64,000 nt of DNA, from assembly GCF_009834535.1 (NCBI RefSeq), contig NC_045696.1:34598001-34662000 (forward strand). Reading direction: 5' to 3'. Source of the DNA: Camelus ferus. Its lineage: Eukaryota. Each line of letters starts with the position of its first letter. Positions within the stretch are counted from its first letter, which is position 1. The notes under the pieces are model-generated. The model saw only the letters and a program-made list of their open reading frames with translations, did no database searches and was not told the DNA's origin. The position numbers and the translations under genes were made by a program. Positions 12,578-23,415 of the stretch are shown one piece after another.

Positions 12578-12788
12578 CAGTGGTTCTCAACTGGAGGAAT
12601 TTTGCCCCCTAGGAAGCATCTGGAGAATTGGAGACATTTTTGGTAGCCCAACTTGGGGAGGAGGTGCTACTGGCATCTAGTGGGTATAGGCCAGGGATGC
12701 TGTGAAGCATCCTACCACGCATAGGACAGCCCCATAGCAAAGAATTATCCCACTCAAACTGTTAACAGCGCCACGGTTGAGAAATCTG
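12578..12788 (+). mobile_element. MER20 hAT-Charlie element, near full length
   Basis: TIRs CAGTGGTTCTCAAC / GTTGAGAAATCTG; internal GCTACTGGCATCTAGTGGGTATAGGCCAGGGATGCTG. Confidence 0.88.
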
Positions 12789-14259
12789 CTCTCAATCAAT
12801 CTTGAGTACAACTCTAAACTCACTGCTTAATGCCTCCTCTTTGCACAAGTTGCTCCAGCCTCCTTGCCTTTCCTACATGCCAAGTCCTCTGTTCTTTCCT
12901 CAGACCCTCTACTATTGCTTCTTCCTAGAACACTCTTCTGTGGTTCAGCCTCTCACTTTTTTCAAGTCTTTCCTTCAATGTCTTTCTTGACAGCCTGTAC
13001 AAAATAGCAACATCCTCTACTCCAACCCTCTCCTTTTGATTTTTCTCCATAGGATTTCCAGGCATAGTACTGTCTGGATGTTTATTGTCTGTTTCCTCTC
13101 ACTAGAATGCAAGCTCCAAAGGACTTGCGTTTGTTCCCAGAATAAAGAACAATGCCTAGCAAGTAGTGCTCAAAAAATACATTTTTTAAAGAAATAAATG
13201 AATGAAAAAGTTGGGCATGCTTTCCATGTGGTTCCACATCAGTATTGTGAAAATTTACCTCTTTACCTGCAACACTCCCAAAACCTCCTTGAAGGAGGGT
13301 CTGGGTCATTACTCTGCATCTTCAATACCTAGCATAGTAGGCACTCAGTACTTAATGAAAAACAAAGAATTGGTATCTGTTGAGTAAATGATACCCCAAA
13401 TAGTATCCACTGGTAAATTAGATTAGGCATGTTTTGTACGCCTTAAAGACTATATTTACAGTATATTTTATGACTGATATTTAGCTGTGATTTTTTTTAA
13501 GTTTGCTCAACTGGATCTGCACATGTGTATATTTCAGCTACTAACTGGCAATAATCTAAACGTTAACAAATCTAAAATATGACTAAAACAATGTTAGGAG
13601 ACAATGGCAAGTTGGCAAGTGCCAACGCGTTTAGGTCTGAAGTTTCCCTCTCGTGAATGTGGGTAGCTGTCACACTAACAGTAATAATAAGAGCTAATAT
13701 ATTCTGGGCTCTTCTAGGAGCCAGGCACAGTTCTTCACCCCCTCCCCCGGCCCCAACAGCCCTTTGAGATGGGTACCTCTACGAGATCCATCTCCAGATA
13801 GAAAACTGGGGAACCAGAGAGCTTGCTCACTGTCACGGTTAGTAAAGAGCTGAATAAAACCCTGGCAGCCTGGCTTCCAGAGTCCCCAACCTTAAAACTG
13901 TTTCCGATACCGCTTCTCCAAAAGGCAAGCCGGCGAGGATCAGAAGAGAAGCAACAGCCGATCCCTGACTGTTGGCGAGGAAAGTCAGCTGGAGGCGGGC
14001 AGGAGAGGCGCAGGATAGGTGGATTTTTTCTTAGCTTTTCCAAGGATCATGTTAAACAGAATGAAACTATTTTAACACAGAACTATGTAACTTAAGGATC
14101 TCCAACTACAGGTGTGTCGCACTCAGAAGCGGCCGCAGAGGACGTGCGAGCGCTCCCGGGGGCGTACCCGCGGGCGGGGAGGAGGCTCCTCCATTGGCCG
14201 GCCCCGCGGCATCACGGGAGCTCGCCCCGCGCGGGGGCCGCCGCCGGCTTTCCACGCAC

Positions 14260-14500
14260 CTGCGCCTGCGCAACCATCCCTGCTGCTCTTTTGCAGGACG
14301 GACTCTTGAGGAGTTCAGGATTTCGTTTTCCCTTGTGGAAGGTTGATGTTCCCGGTGTAAACGCGGTGCTTCGCTAAAGTGAGATCGGTGGGAGTCCCCT
14401 TAGTCCCCGCCAGCCCGGAACGACAAGGCGGAGCACCGCGGTTCCTCATTGCCCTCATTGACGATTACTTCCGCCCACAGATCTGGAATACCGGCGGCTT
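14260..14500 (-). other. CGGBP1: Candidate first exon of a divergent minus-strand transcript (distal CGGBP1 promoter)
   Basis: Minus-strand donor CAG|GTGCGT at 14260/14259 inside the CpG island. The 5' boundary is a guess. Confidence 0.35.
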
Positions 14501-14617
14501 TTTGGCGGCGAACAACGGGAAAGGCACTTCCGGTATCTGTTGCCAAGGCGCCGGCCCGGTGGGCCTAGTTGAGGAAAGTTTTTGGCGTGGTCCTCTCCCC
14601 CCTTCCCGGGGGTCGAG

Positions 14618-14744
14618 ATGTCGGGGCTCAGCTACCCAGAGATGGAGGGCTGTCGTAACCTGCTCGGCCTGTTGGACAACGAAGAGATCATGGCTCTGTG
14701 CGACACCATCACCAACCGCCTGGTGCAGCCTGAGGACCGCCAAG
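14618..14744 (+). CDS. C3orf38: C3orf38 orthologue coding exon 1
   Basis: GAGATGT start; reads [51 protein letters not shown] donor at 14745 (phase 1). Confidence 0.9.
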
Positions 14745-15689
14745 GTAAGGGTAAACCCTCCTCCCCAAGGGCCGGCGTCCCTCTCCAGGCCTCACTGACC
14801 CCCAGCTTGGGGGAGCGTGCGAGTGGAGGCCATGCAAGGCCTCGCCCCTAGCCCGTCCGGCGTCGTGCTTTTGCGGAACCCTAGGGAGTCTTGGCCTCGG
14901 TGGTCTTGGAACCACAGAGCAGCCTCGGGCGTCCCTCCCGCGGCAAGCCTCTCCAGGAAGTGGAGTAGGTGGAAACGGCGCTGCTTCCAGGTTTTATCCA
15001 TTGAATGTTATGGGCAAATGCTGCTTGTTTCGAGGATTCAGAGTACGTAAATAGTGATTTAAAAAAAAAAAAAAACTTCCGAGGAGTCAGCGTATTTTCC
15101 ATTTTCAGTTTCGATTAGCTGAGGAGTGTCAGCTCCTGCTCATTTTCTTCAAGCTTAGAAGATAGCAAACATTTTCTATCAATCTGCTCCGAAAGCAACG
15201 ACTGATAAAAGAGCGGATAGTTTGAGTCCATGTCTCTGTGGATCCGATTTTTTTCTGAGATGTTTCTGTGTACTAGGAGTAAATTACTTTCAGAGCCAAA
15301 TGAACACTTCGGTAGAGTGGATTTCATGGATTATAAGTATTCAGTCTGGTTGTAACTAGTACATATAAAAATGTAATGTGAGCACTTATATCATTTTGTA
15401 ATCACCTGACTAGTTTTATTTTAAATTTGCTGAATTTTACTTTAAAATGCGAAGATTTCCGACTTCTGTGTTAGCATGACTTAAGTTAGAGTCTGCCTTT
15501 TAAAACTTTCTCTGCTTTTAAGTCGATTTACATTTTTAAGAATTTAGACTGAAGATAATTTCAGACTTAATGTAGTTCTTTGGCATTTATGTATTTTACA
15601 TACTAACAGTCTCGGTGAGTGTGGTTTAAAATTGTAATCGATAAAAATGCTGGATTTAATTAATGGTGAATCTAAAAGCAAATAAGAAC

Positions 15690-16600
15690 CTACCCAGTAC
15701 AAAAATGCTACATGATTTGAAGAGACGTTTCTCAGAGGAAAAAAAAAAAAAGCATATGAAAAGATAGTCAACCTCGTTAGAAAGCAGTGAAATGAAAACC
15801 AAAAATACAGGATGTCTTTTATATGTACCAAATCGGCAAAAACTAAACGTGTAAAGTTGAAGTGTTGGTGATCTTGTGAAGTAAGTCTTTTGACAACTAC
15901 TGGGGGAGTATAAATTAGAACTACTACTTTGGAAAAAGTTTGATATTAACTCCTAGAGTGGAAGATTGCTTACCTGAGCTTCTCAAACTTAAGTGTGCCT
16001 GTGAATCCCTCAGGGGATCTTGTTAAAATTCTGAGTGGATAGTTTTGGAGTGGGCCCAGAAGTTCTGCATTTGTAACAAGCTCCAGGTGATGCTCAGGCT
16101 GCTTGCCCCTCTGGGCTGGGAGACATGTATGGAAACGTTCCAAGTAATAGTGTTTGTAATTGGATACAGATAATAAAAGCCCATAAACAAAAGGATAGAT
16201 ACCTTGTGGTAGAGTCAATTAATATTTATTATCTGTGGTACAGTGCTGGCATGAATTAACTCCAACAGCTGTATCTATCCACATAGATTAATCTCAAAAA
16301 CATTAAGCTAGTTACAGAAGACTGTGTGTATCAATGGATTAGATTTATAGAACATTCAAAAATTACCAAAGTATATTATGCAGGGCTACAGAGTTATGCT
16401 GTACAACTATAAAGGAAATCTAGGGAATGATAAGCAAGGTTTAGGACAGTCAGTACATGTGAGAAGAGAGGGAATAAATAACCTTAAGTAGGGAGAGGTA
16501 AAATGAGGGCCTCAAAGATACTAGTAATTTCCTATGTCTTAAGCTGTGTGATGTGTATATGGGAGTTCATTTTATTACCATTCTGTATACTTCATACATG
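15690..16600 (+). mobile_element. Old L1 (L1M-type) 3' fragment interrupted by a MER5A-like element (~15975-16120)
   Basis: Degenerate L1 3'-end motifs flank TTCTCAAACTT...GATCTTGTTAAAAT...TCTGCATTTGTAACAAGCTCCAGGTGATGCT. Confidence 0.55.
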
Positions 16601-16974
16601 TTAAAAATAATCTTTAGTTTGTTGTTTAATAGAAGTTCTTTAAAATTGAAAGAAGAGAGCATACAAGTCTTGGTTCTGCCACTTCTTAGAAGTGTAATTG
16701 TTGATCCCTCAAGTATCCCTGACTTTCATTCTCTCTAGAGTGAGAAGACTGAACTGAAAGTTCTTGCACATATAAGACATTGCAACTTTACCTATTTTTA
16801 GGGGTTGTAAATGAATTTAGGTCTATTGACCTTATTAGAAAAAATATTTTTTCTTTGCAAATTTTTTCTTAAAATACAACCATTCTTTAAAAGAAAATGC
16901 AGAAATTCACAATCTCTTATGAGAAGTGAAAGGAAGGAGGAATTTTAGGGAAATATATAGCATAAAGAAATTGG

Positions 16975-17141
16975 GTTTTTTTTGTTTTTAACTTTTTTTA
17001 GTTTTTTTCTTTTTGGTGGAGGGGGGAATTAGGGGGAATTTATTTATTCATTTATTTATTTTTAAATGGAGGTACTGGGGATTGAACCCAGGACCTCATG
17101 CCTGTTAAGCATGTGCTTTACCACTGAGCTGTACCCTCCCC
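16975..17141 (-). mobile_element. tRNA-derived camelid SINE (Vic-1-like)
   Basis: Minus strand reads GGGGAGGGTACAGCTCAGTGGTAAAGCAC...GGTTCAATCCCCAGTACCTCCA with A and B boxes, followed by an AAAT/A-rich tail. Confidence 0.85.
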
Positions 17142-17328
17142 AAAGAAGTTTTTTAAAACTCAAAACCTGACAGCACACTTGCTCGTTTTTTAAAATGATA
17201 ACCATCTCATAGAAAAGCAATAATGCCATGACAAGAGTTTTAAATATTATTCGATAGAGTTTCTGCTGACCCTGGATAATTTACAAATGACTTGTGGTTT
17301 TCTATTAATCTTTACAATTTTCTTCTAG

Positions 17329-17567
17329 ATGCCATTCGTGCAATATTAGTGTACAGTCAAAGTGTAGACGAGCTTTTGAGGCGTAAAAAGGTCCACCGAG
17401 ACGTCATATTTAAGTACTTGGCAACACAGGGGGTTATTATACCTCCAGCTACTGAAAAACACAATCTTATTCAGCATGCAAAGGACTACTGGAAAAAGCA
17501 GTTAAAACTGAAGCTGAAGGGAACGCCAGAGCCAGTTAAGACAGAAGACATTAAATTCTCTGAACAG
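17329..17567 (+). CDS. C3orf38: C3orf38 orthologue coding exon 2
   Basis: TTTTCTTCTAG acceptor; reads (D)[34 protein letters not shown]...[17 protein letters not shown] donor at 17568. Phases are consistent with both neighbours. Confidence 0.92.
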
Positions 17568-18224
17568 GTAAAACAGATCTTATAGTCATGTGCTGAACCA
17601 TAGTTCTATGTAAAAATCTTCAGATAATCCTAAATCTTGGGATGACATGGTTAATTTTTTAATTTTTTATAATTTTAGCTTTATTTTATATCTTTTGCAT
17701 CCTAAAGGAAGAGCCATAAAGCACCTGACAAAATATTTTTGATATTAGTAATGTATATATAATATTCTGTTGATTTGTGAGGAAAAATGTTTTTATCCCT
17801 TTATCAAACAAGGACTGTTAATTTTTAAAGAGAGTGGATAGATCACAGGATCAATTTAATTTAGCTTCTGGTTCTCTGTAATTATTTTTTTCCACTTAAA
17901 AAAAATGCTGTTGTAAACCCTTTCTCATTTGGAGGACTTTGTTTGGTATTAAATTGCAGAACATTCATGAAAGAAACTTTTTTTTAAGCTAGAAAAAAAT
18001 CCTGTTTTAGTAATTTCCTCCAGCTCCATTGACTGTTCCTATTTCTTTGTATCTCCACTGTACATTTTAGATACTGTGTGAATATTTAAATATCATTTGA
18101 ATGAACCTTTAAGTAATTTGTAGTTTTTTAGAGCTATGTACCACATGGAATTAATGGGGTTTTACAGTGAGAGATGTTTGCCTTCACATTAAGAAAGGAT
18201 CTTCTATGGGCTTCCTTAATGTAC

Positions 18225-18455
18225 TGGAAAGAATGTTGACTTTGAAATCATATAGACATGATGTCAGATTAGGGTCTTCTATACACCAAGTGTAACCCTG
18301 AGCAAGTAACGACCTTTCTTAGCCTTGTTTTCTTTATAAAATGGGCATAATGATACTATCTATGTCATAAGGCTTGTGAAGATAGAAGAAAGTAGCACCT
18401 AAGTGCCAGGCACAGTGCCTAGTGCATTTAATAATAGCATGTGCTCAGTAAATAC
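18225..18455 (+). mobile_element. MIR remnant
   Basis: GTGTAACCCTGAGCAAGTAAC...CCTTGTTTTCTTTATAAAATGGGCATAAT. Confidence 0.65.
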
Positions 18456-19064
18456 AAGATCTTCAACCATCTAAATGGGGTCCTGCTATGCTCTGGAATA
18501 TATCATCCAATATAAATCTAGCCCAACAGGTATATTTTTGCAATAATATTTCCTTGGGGGAAAAAGAAATAGTATAAAATTATCCCAATCATAGAAAATA
18601 ACCTATTTCAATCATATTAGAAGTACCTGTTTAAAGACAGTGAAAATGCTTGTTTATTATAAACTATATTGTGATATAATTTACATGCAGCAAGGTGTAT
18701 CCGTTTAAAGCATACAGTTTGAAAGTTTTAAGAGATAAACACCTATGAAATCACTGCGACAATCAAGAGAAAATGCTTATGTAAATCATTATTGACCATT
18801 TCTTCACGCTGATATTTTAAGACTTTGTTAAGCCTTAATTTCTTGGCTGAATTTTCAGAAATTTAAGCTGAGAAATTCTAAAATGATTTTTCCCCTTTTT
18901 GAGAAAGAATTTACTATGTATAATGGTTTCAGTGAGTTCACATGTAGTTCATTTCCTTTCTGCTATAATCAGTACATTAAAACTTAGCTCCGAAACAGGC
19001 TAGATACAAAATAGATTTGAGAATTAACCTTGGTTTTATTTTATATTTATTTTATCTTAATCAG

Positions 19065-19640
19065 CAGGAGAAAGAAGAGAAAAAAGCTGAAAAGGTTGAT
19101 TTTCGTCGATTAGGTGAAGAATTCTGTCACTGGTTCTTTGGACTTCTTAATTCTCAGAATCCTTTTCTGGGACCACCTCAAGATGAATGGGGGCCACAGC
19201 ACTTCTGGCATGATGTCAAGCTTAGGTTTTATTACAACACATCTGAACAAAATGTGATAGACTACCATGGAGCAGAAATTGTGAGCCTTCGTCTGCTCTC
19301 ACTAGTGAAAGAAGAATATCTTTTTCTCAGCCCCAATCTAGATTCCCATGGACTCAAATGTGCTGCTTCTCCCCATGGGCTAGTTATGGTTGGCGTTGCG
19401 GGGACTGTCCACCGAGGGAACACCTGTTTGGGCATTTTTGAACAAATTTTTGGACTCATCCGCTGCCCTTTTGTGGAAAATACTTGGAAAATCAAATTTA
19501 CCAACCTGAGAATTATTGGAGAGAGTTCCCCTGCTCCCAGAACATTAATGAAACCAGCAGTTACACTTGAACCAAGTGACCTAGAAGCCTTTTATAATGT
19601 AAACACTTTATGTGGTCCAGTGAAGCACGACTTAATGTAA
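19065..19640 (+). CDS. C3orf38: C3orf38 orthologue coding exon 3 (spliced product ~313 aa)
   Basis: T-rich tract and CAGCAG acceptor; reads [33 protein letters not shown]...[35 protein letters not shown]...; TAA at 19638-19640. Exon lengths 127+239+576 give 942 nt. Confidence 0.92.
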   Translation, partial: QEKEEKKAEKVDFRRLGEEFCHWFFGLLNSQNPFLGPPQDEWGPQHFWHDVKLRFYYNTSEQNVIDYHGAEIVSLRLLSLVKEEYLFLSPNLDSHGLKCAASPHGLVMVGVAGTVHRGNTCLGIFEQIFGLIRCPFVENTWKIKFTNLRIIGESSPAPRTLMKPAVTLEPSDLEAFYNVNTLCGPVKHDLM

Positions 19641-20948
19641 GGCAGGCATTGGGTAGTGGGACTGAAGACCAAGCTTTAGTGGAAATGAGGCATTGCTTAA
19701 CAAAAAAAAGACTGATTTTACCTAACTCTTAACAGCATTGAGTACTGTATGTCAGCCTGAAAAATCTTCTATACAGAAATTCTTCCACATACTACATCAG
19801 TAATGTCTAACCGATTTCAGATTCGGGGATTGACATATTTTAGTTGAAATGCCTTTCTTGCCTACAGACTAACATAATATGTGAATACTTGCCTCTTTTT
19901 CTATCTGAGTTGCAGCAAATGTTCTGAAAGCTTTATGCAGTTCATCAAATAAAATCCCACTTTAGATGTTATAACTAATGGTGTGTCTTAGAAACCAGTT
20001 AATATTTTCATTTTACTTAGTGGATATTCTGCTAATATCTGTACTTCTATGTGGGAAAAAAATTGAGTTCAAGGCTTTCTCTTTTAAGTTTCTTTTATTC
20101 TAAATCTAGGTAATTTTTACAACTGCATCTCATGACAGTATTGATTTTTAAAAAGTACCTATTTTAGAGATGTTTAATGTAAACTCAGAGTTCTCATTTT
20201 ACAAAACTTGGGTGATATTTTTAAACAAAAAATCCAATAATTTATCTGGTAAGAAACATTTAATATGCTTTTTTAAATATTTGATGAACATTTTTCAAAG
20301 TTATCTACTGTTGTCCAAGCTAAATATCTTATAGTCTGCAACATTTTCTGAAATATTTTGGGCAATGATAAGTGCTATTCTCAAAACAGAACTTTTTCTT
20401 ACCTGAGGCTTCACCTAACAGTTTTATAGAGCATTTATTATAACACCAGATAAAGGAAACATACTGTTGAAATTTTTAAAAAAGGTGTGCCCAGTTCCTA
20501 ACTTAAATGAATTAGTTTTCCCTCTTCAGTGATCTAAGAAGTGACAAAAAAAAAAAAAAGAAAACCCAAATTTATAATTTATACATGTATTGATTATACA
20601 TATATTGAGATAAATTCTCACATCATATATTAGGAATTTTTCACCTCTAATTTGTTTTACTAGATTTGAGTTACAAGGCTAAATTGTCATACTAATTACA
20701 TAGTTGCTTTCAAGTTTAAATTCCTCATCTGATTCTGCATTCAGTAGTTTTAATGTACAAAAATGCCATTTAGAAAAAAACTCAACTGGGAAATGTGATG
20801 AGATAGCATACATAGTAATTTTTTTTTCTCTCTTTAACTCTTCTCATGATCATCTAGGGTGACTGATTTTGGAAACAGGAAGAAAAAATTTATCCTTTTT
20901 GGTTTTCTAATGTCATGCCTCTTACAAAGAGTACAAATTAATATGTCC

Positions 20949-20970
20949 AAATAAATAATAAATAAATAAA
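20949..20970 (+). terminator. Cluster of overlapping AATAAA hexamers, possible C3orf38 polyA signal
   Basis: AAATAAATAATAAATAAATAAA followed by a T/GT-rich stretch. Another AATAAA lies at 19948. It could be only an AAAT microsatellite. Confidence 0.4.
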
Positions 20971-23199
20971 GGAGGGTAATCCTTTTTGTCTGTCATAAGA
21001 ATAGGGCATTGTTTAAACCCAAGTTATCTTTTTCTTCTTTAAGTTTGAAGTATCATTTTAACATGTAATCGATCAGTATTCTAACGATAATATGAAAAAC
21101 TACTCCCATCTGTTTTCTTTGTACTGTTGATGTCAAGTACTGCAGAAATCATACCACAGATGCTCAGGATGGGCAGAAATTGCCTGTACATATGTTGAGT
21201 GTTGAAATTTTGAATGTATAATGCTCAAGTAAGGATGCAATCTGCATGTTCTTTTAATCACCCTTAAAAACTTGAAATCTTTCTTATTTACTTCCTTTGA
21301 ATCCCTGCAGTTGGGCACCCAGGAAGACCTGATGTCTAGGTGAATGGGTGAATGAATGAGCAAAAGAAGCTTACATACTGTATAAAAGACTTTTTGCATT
21401 TAGATTTTATCTTCAGTTCTGATCATTAGTGGTGGTTTTTTGGTCATACCGTCTGAATTTAATATGTGGATACACAAACTTTTAAGCCTCAAACTAGGAT
21501 AAAAATTTAACTTCTTTCTATTAAAATTTACTGACTTTCAAAAGCCCACAGTCAGAGTAGGGTATACTGGAAGCCCCTAAGAGACCCAGGAACCATTATA
21601 GGGGAAGTATATACTTCCTGTTTAGAGAAAAAAGATCTAGAGGAATTGAAATTTCAGGAAGCTGAAGGCTTGGTCAGGCCTAGGGAATGGCACAGAGACT
21701 GCAGCTTTATGTGTCTCACGTCATTTCACTTTGCCGGGACTGGTGAAGTTTGTGGAGTCAAGTAGTAAAGAATACAGCACTCTACACATATTCCATAGTA
21801 AGTGGGGTGCTCAGACTAGGTGACAGCTGGGCTTTATTTACTGAAAGCTGATTTGTAGCTAACAGTATACATCAATCTCCTTTTTTGTTAAAAACTTAAA
21901 ATAGTTGCATTGGGTTGTTTTATTAGTATCTGGAGTGCCAAAAAACAGACTTCACGTGTCTCATTAAAATACCAAATAGAGAAAAAGCCATCTCTAACTT
22001 ACTAAGTAAACTTGAAAATAGCAAGACCTGCTGAAGTACTGTCAGGTGAAATATAAAAATATGAATTCAGAATTCGTTTCATTTTGACAAGTTTAATGAA
22101 CATGCTTTGGAGGCAGTGATAAAAATGAAAATATTTAAGATCTTATTAAACTATCTTAAGATGTTTATTTAATAACGATGGTATATTGCTAATTCTGATA
22201 AAGAGATTTTAAAAATAGGGCATTTCTTCTGAAGGGTCTGTATTTGTGATCGCCTCCCGACAGCCCTCCCCACCAGCCCTCCCTGTCAGCTTTGTATCCC
22301 ACCAGTCTGAAGTGCAGATAGCACAGCTGCAGTGCTGGGAACCAAGACTTTCTGGATCTGGGTTCTCTCCAAGTTTATGTGTATATATTTACTGAGCATC
22401 TACAATCTGTAAGTCACTGAATCAAGCACAAGACAAAATAATCCATCAATAGGTTATTTACCTAAACTTCTCATATTGAAATCAAATCTCTGTCTCTGGG
22501 CTTAGATGTCTTAAGGTGAGAACTACATTAAGGCCTTTGCTAGAGTTGGAAGGAAAATATTTCAGAACTGTATCAGAGTGCACTAAATCCTTTCAGCTTT
22601 ACTTTTTCTAGTTTGAACCTTTCCTATAATCTTTTAGTAAAGTGTTACTGTTAAAATTGAGTGTGATATTTATTGTGAGTTATAATGTGACCCAAAATAT
22701 TAAACCAGAAACTAGAATTACTTGTGTTAGTCACGGAATATTAATAGAATCACTGGCCTAATCTCATTTACCTTTGCAGTGAGTCATTTAGTGAGGGTTC
22801 TTTGGTTGGCAGTTTTCATCTTCAATTTTTAAACACCCTAAATCTCAAGTACCAAATTAGTTACATTTGAATTAATGAATTTAAGGATTGACAGAATCTC
22901 CTGCTGCCCACTGCCATCAGTGTTACTTGTGATGCTTTCTGAACAAAAAATCAGTAACTACTTAGAAAAGCCTCTTTTCTTGAGGCATTTAGTTTCATAA
23001 GCTTGCATTAATCTTTTCCATCGCTCATCTTTTACTATACTAATGATTAGTATCACACTCAGTTGTTCTCAAGTTGTTGCATGTAGGGTACTTCTGCCTC
23101 CCTAAATAGATGGTAAATTCCTAGAACTGGTGATTCATATTTTGCAATCCCCCTCCCCTTTCCCCACCCCTCCCCCTGTGCCTTGCACAGGATAAACAG

Positions 23200-23415
23200 T
23201 AGCTAAGTTTTGGGTGCTTATATGCTAGGTACAGTTCTGTGCATGTTGCATGTATTCATTCATTCAATCCTATGGACAGCTAAGTGAGGTAGGTGCCATT
23301 GACCACTCTTACCAGAAAGCAGGGTTGAGTAATTTGAGAGGCTTGCAGAGCTAATGCCCAGTAAACCCACGTTTTAGAGCCTGAGAGCCATGTGGTAACT
23401 ACTACACTATACTGC
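23200..23415 (-). mobile_element. MIR remnant
   Basis: GCTTATATGCTAGGTACAGTTCT...TCATTCAATCCT...AGGTAGGT...ACTACACTATACTGCC. Confidence 0.55.

Larger units (their letters stand above)
14100..14960. promoter_or_regulatory. CpG island, probably a bidirectional housekeeping promoter
   Basis: Sharp GC/CpG enrichment. Contains ATTGG (14193), NRF1-like TGCGCCTGCGCA (14261-14272), ETS ACTTCCG (14467) and ACTTCCGG (14526), and E2F-like TTTGGCGG (14501). No obvious TATA box. Confidence 0.9.

Noticed and set aside
13611..13626. GTTGGCAAGTGCCAAC as an NFI site
   Set aside because: The half-site spacing is 4 nt rather than the canonical TTGGC-N5-GCCAA.
13735..15102. Many overlapping GC-rich ORFs
   Set aside because: Stop codons are rare in CpG islands. 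Only 14618-14744 has splice and homology support.
17066..17141. Functional tRNA genes here and at 50510-50589 and 62980-63058
   Set aside because: They are diverged, A-tailed and multi-copy, one with a TSD, so they are SINEs.
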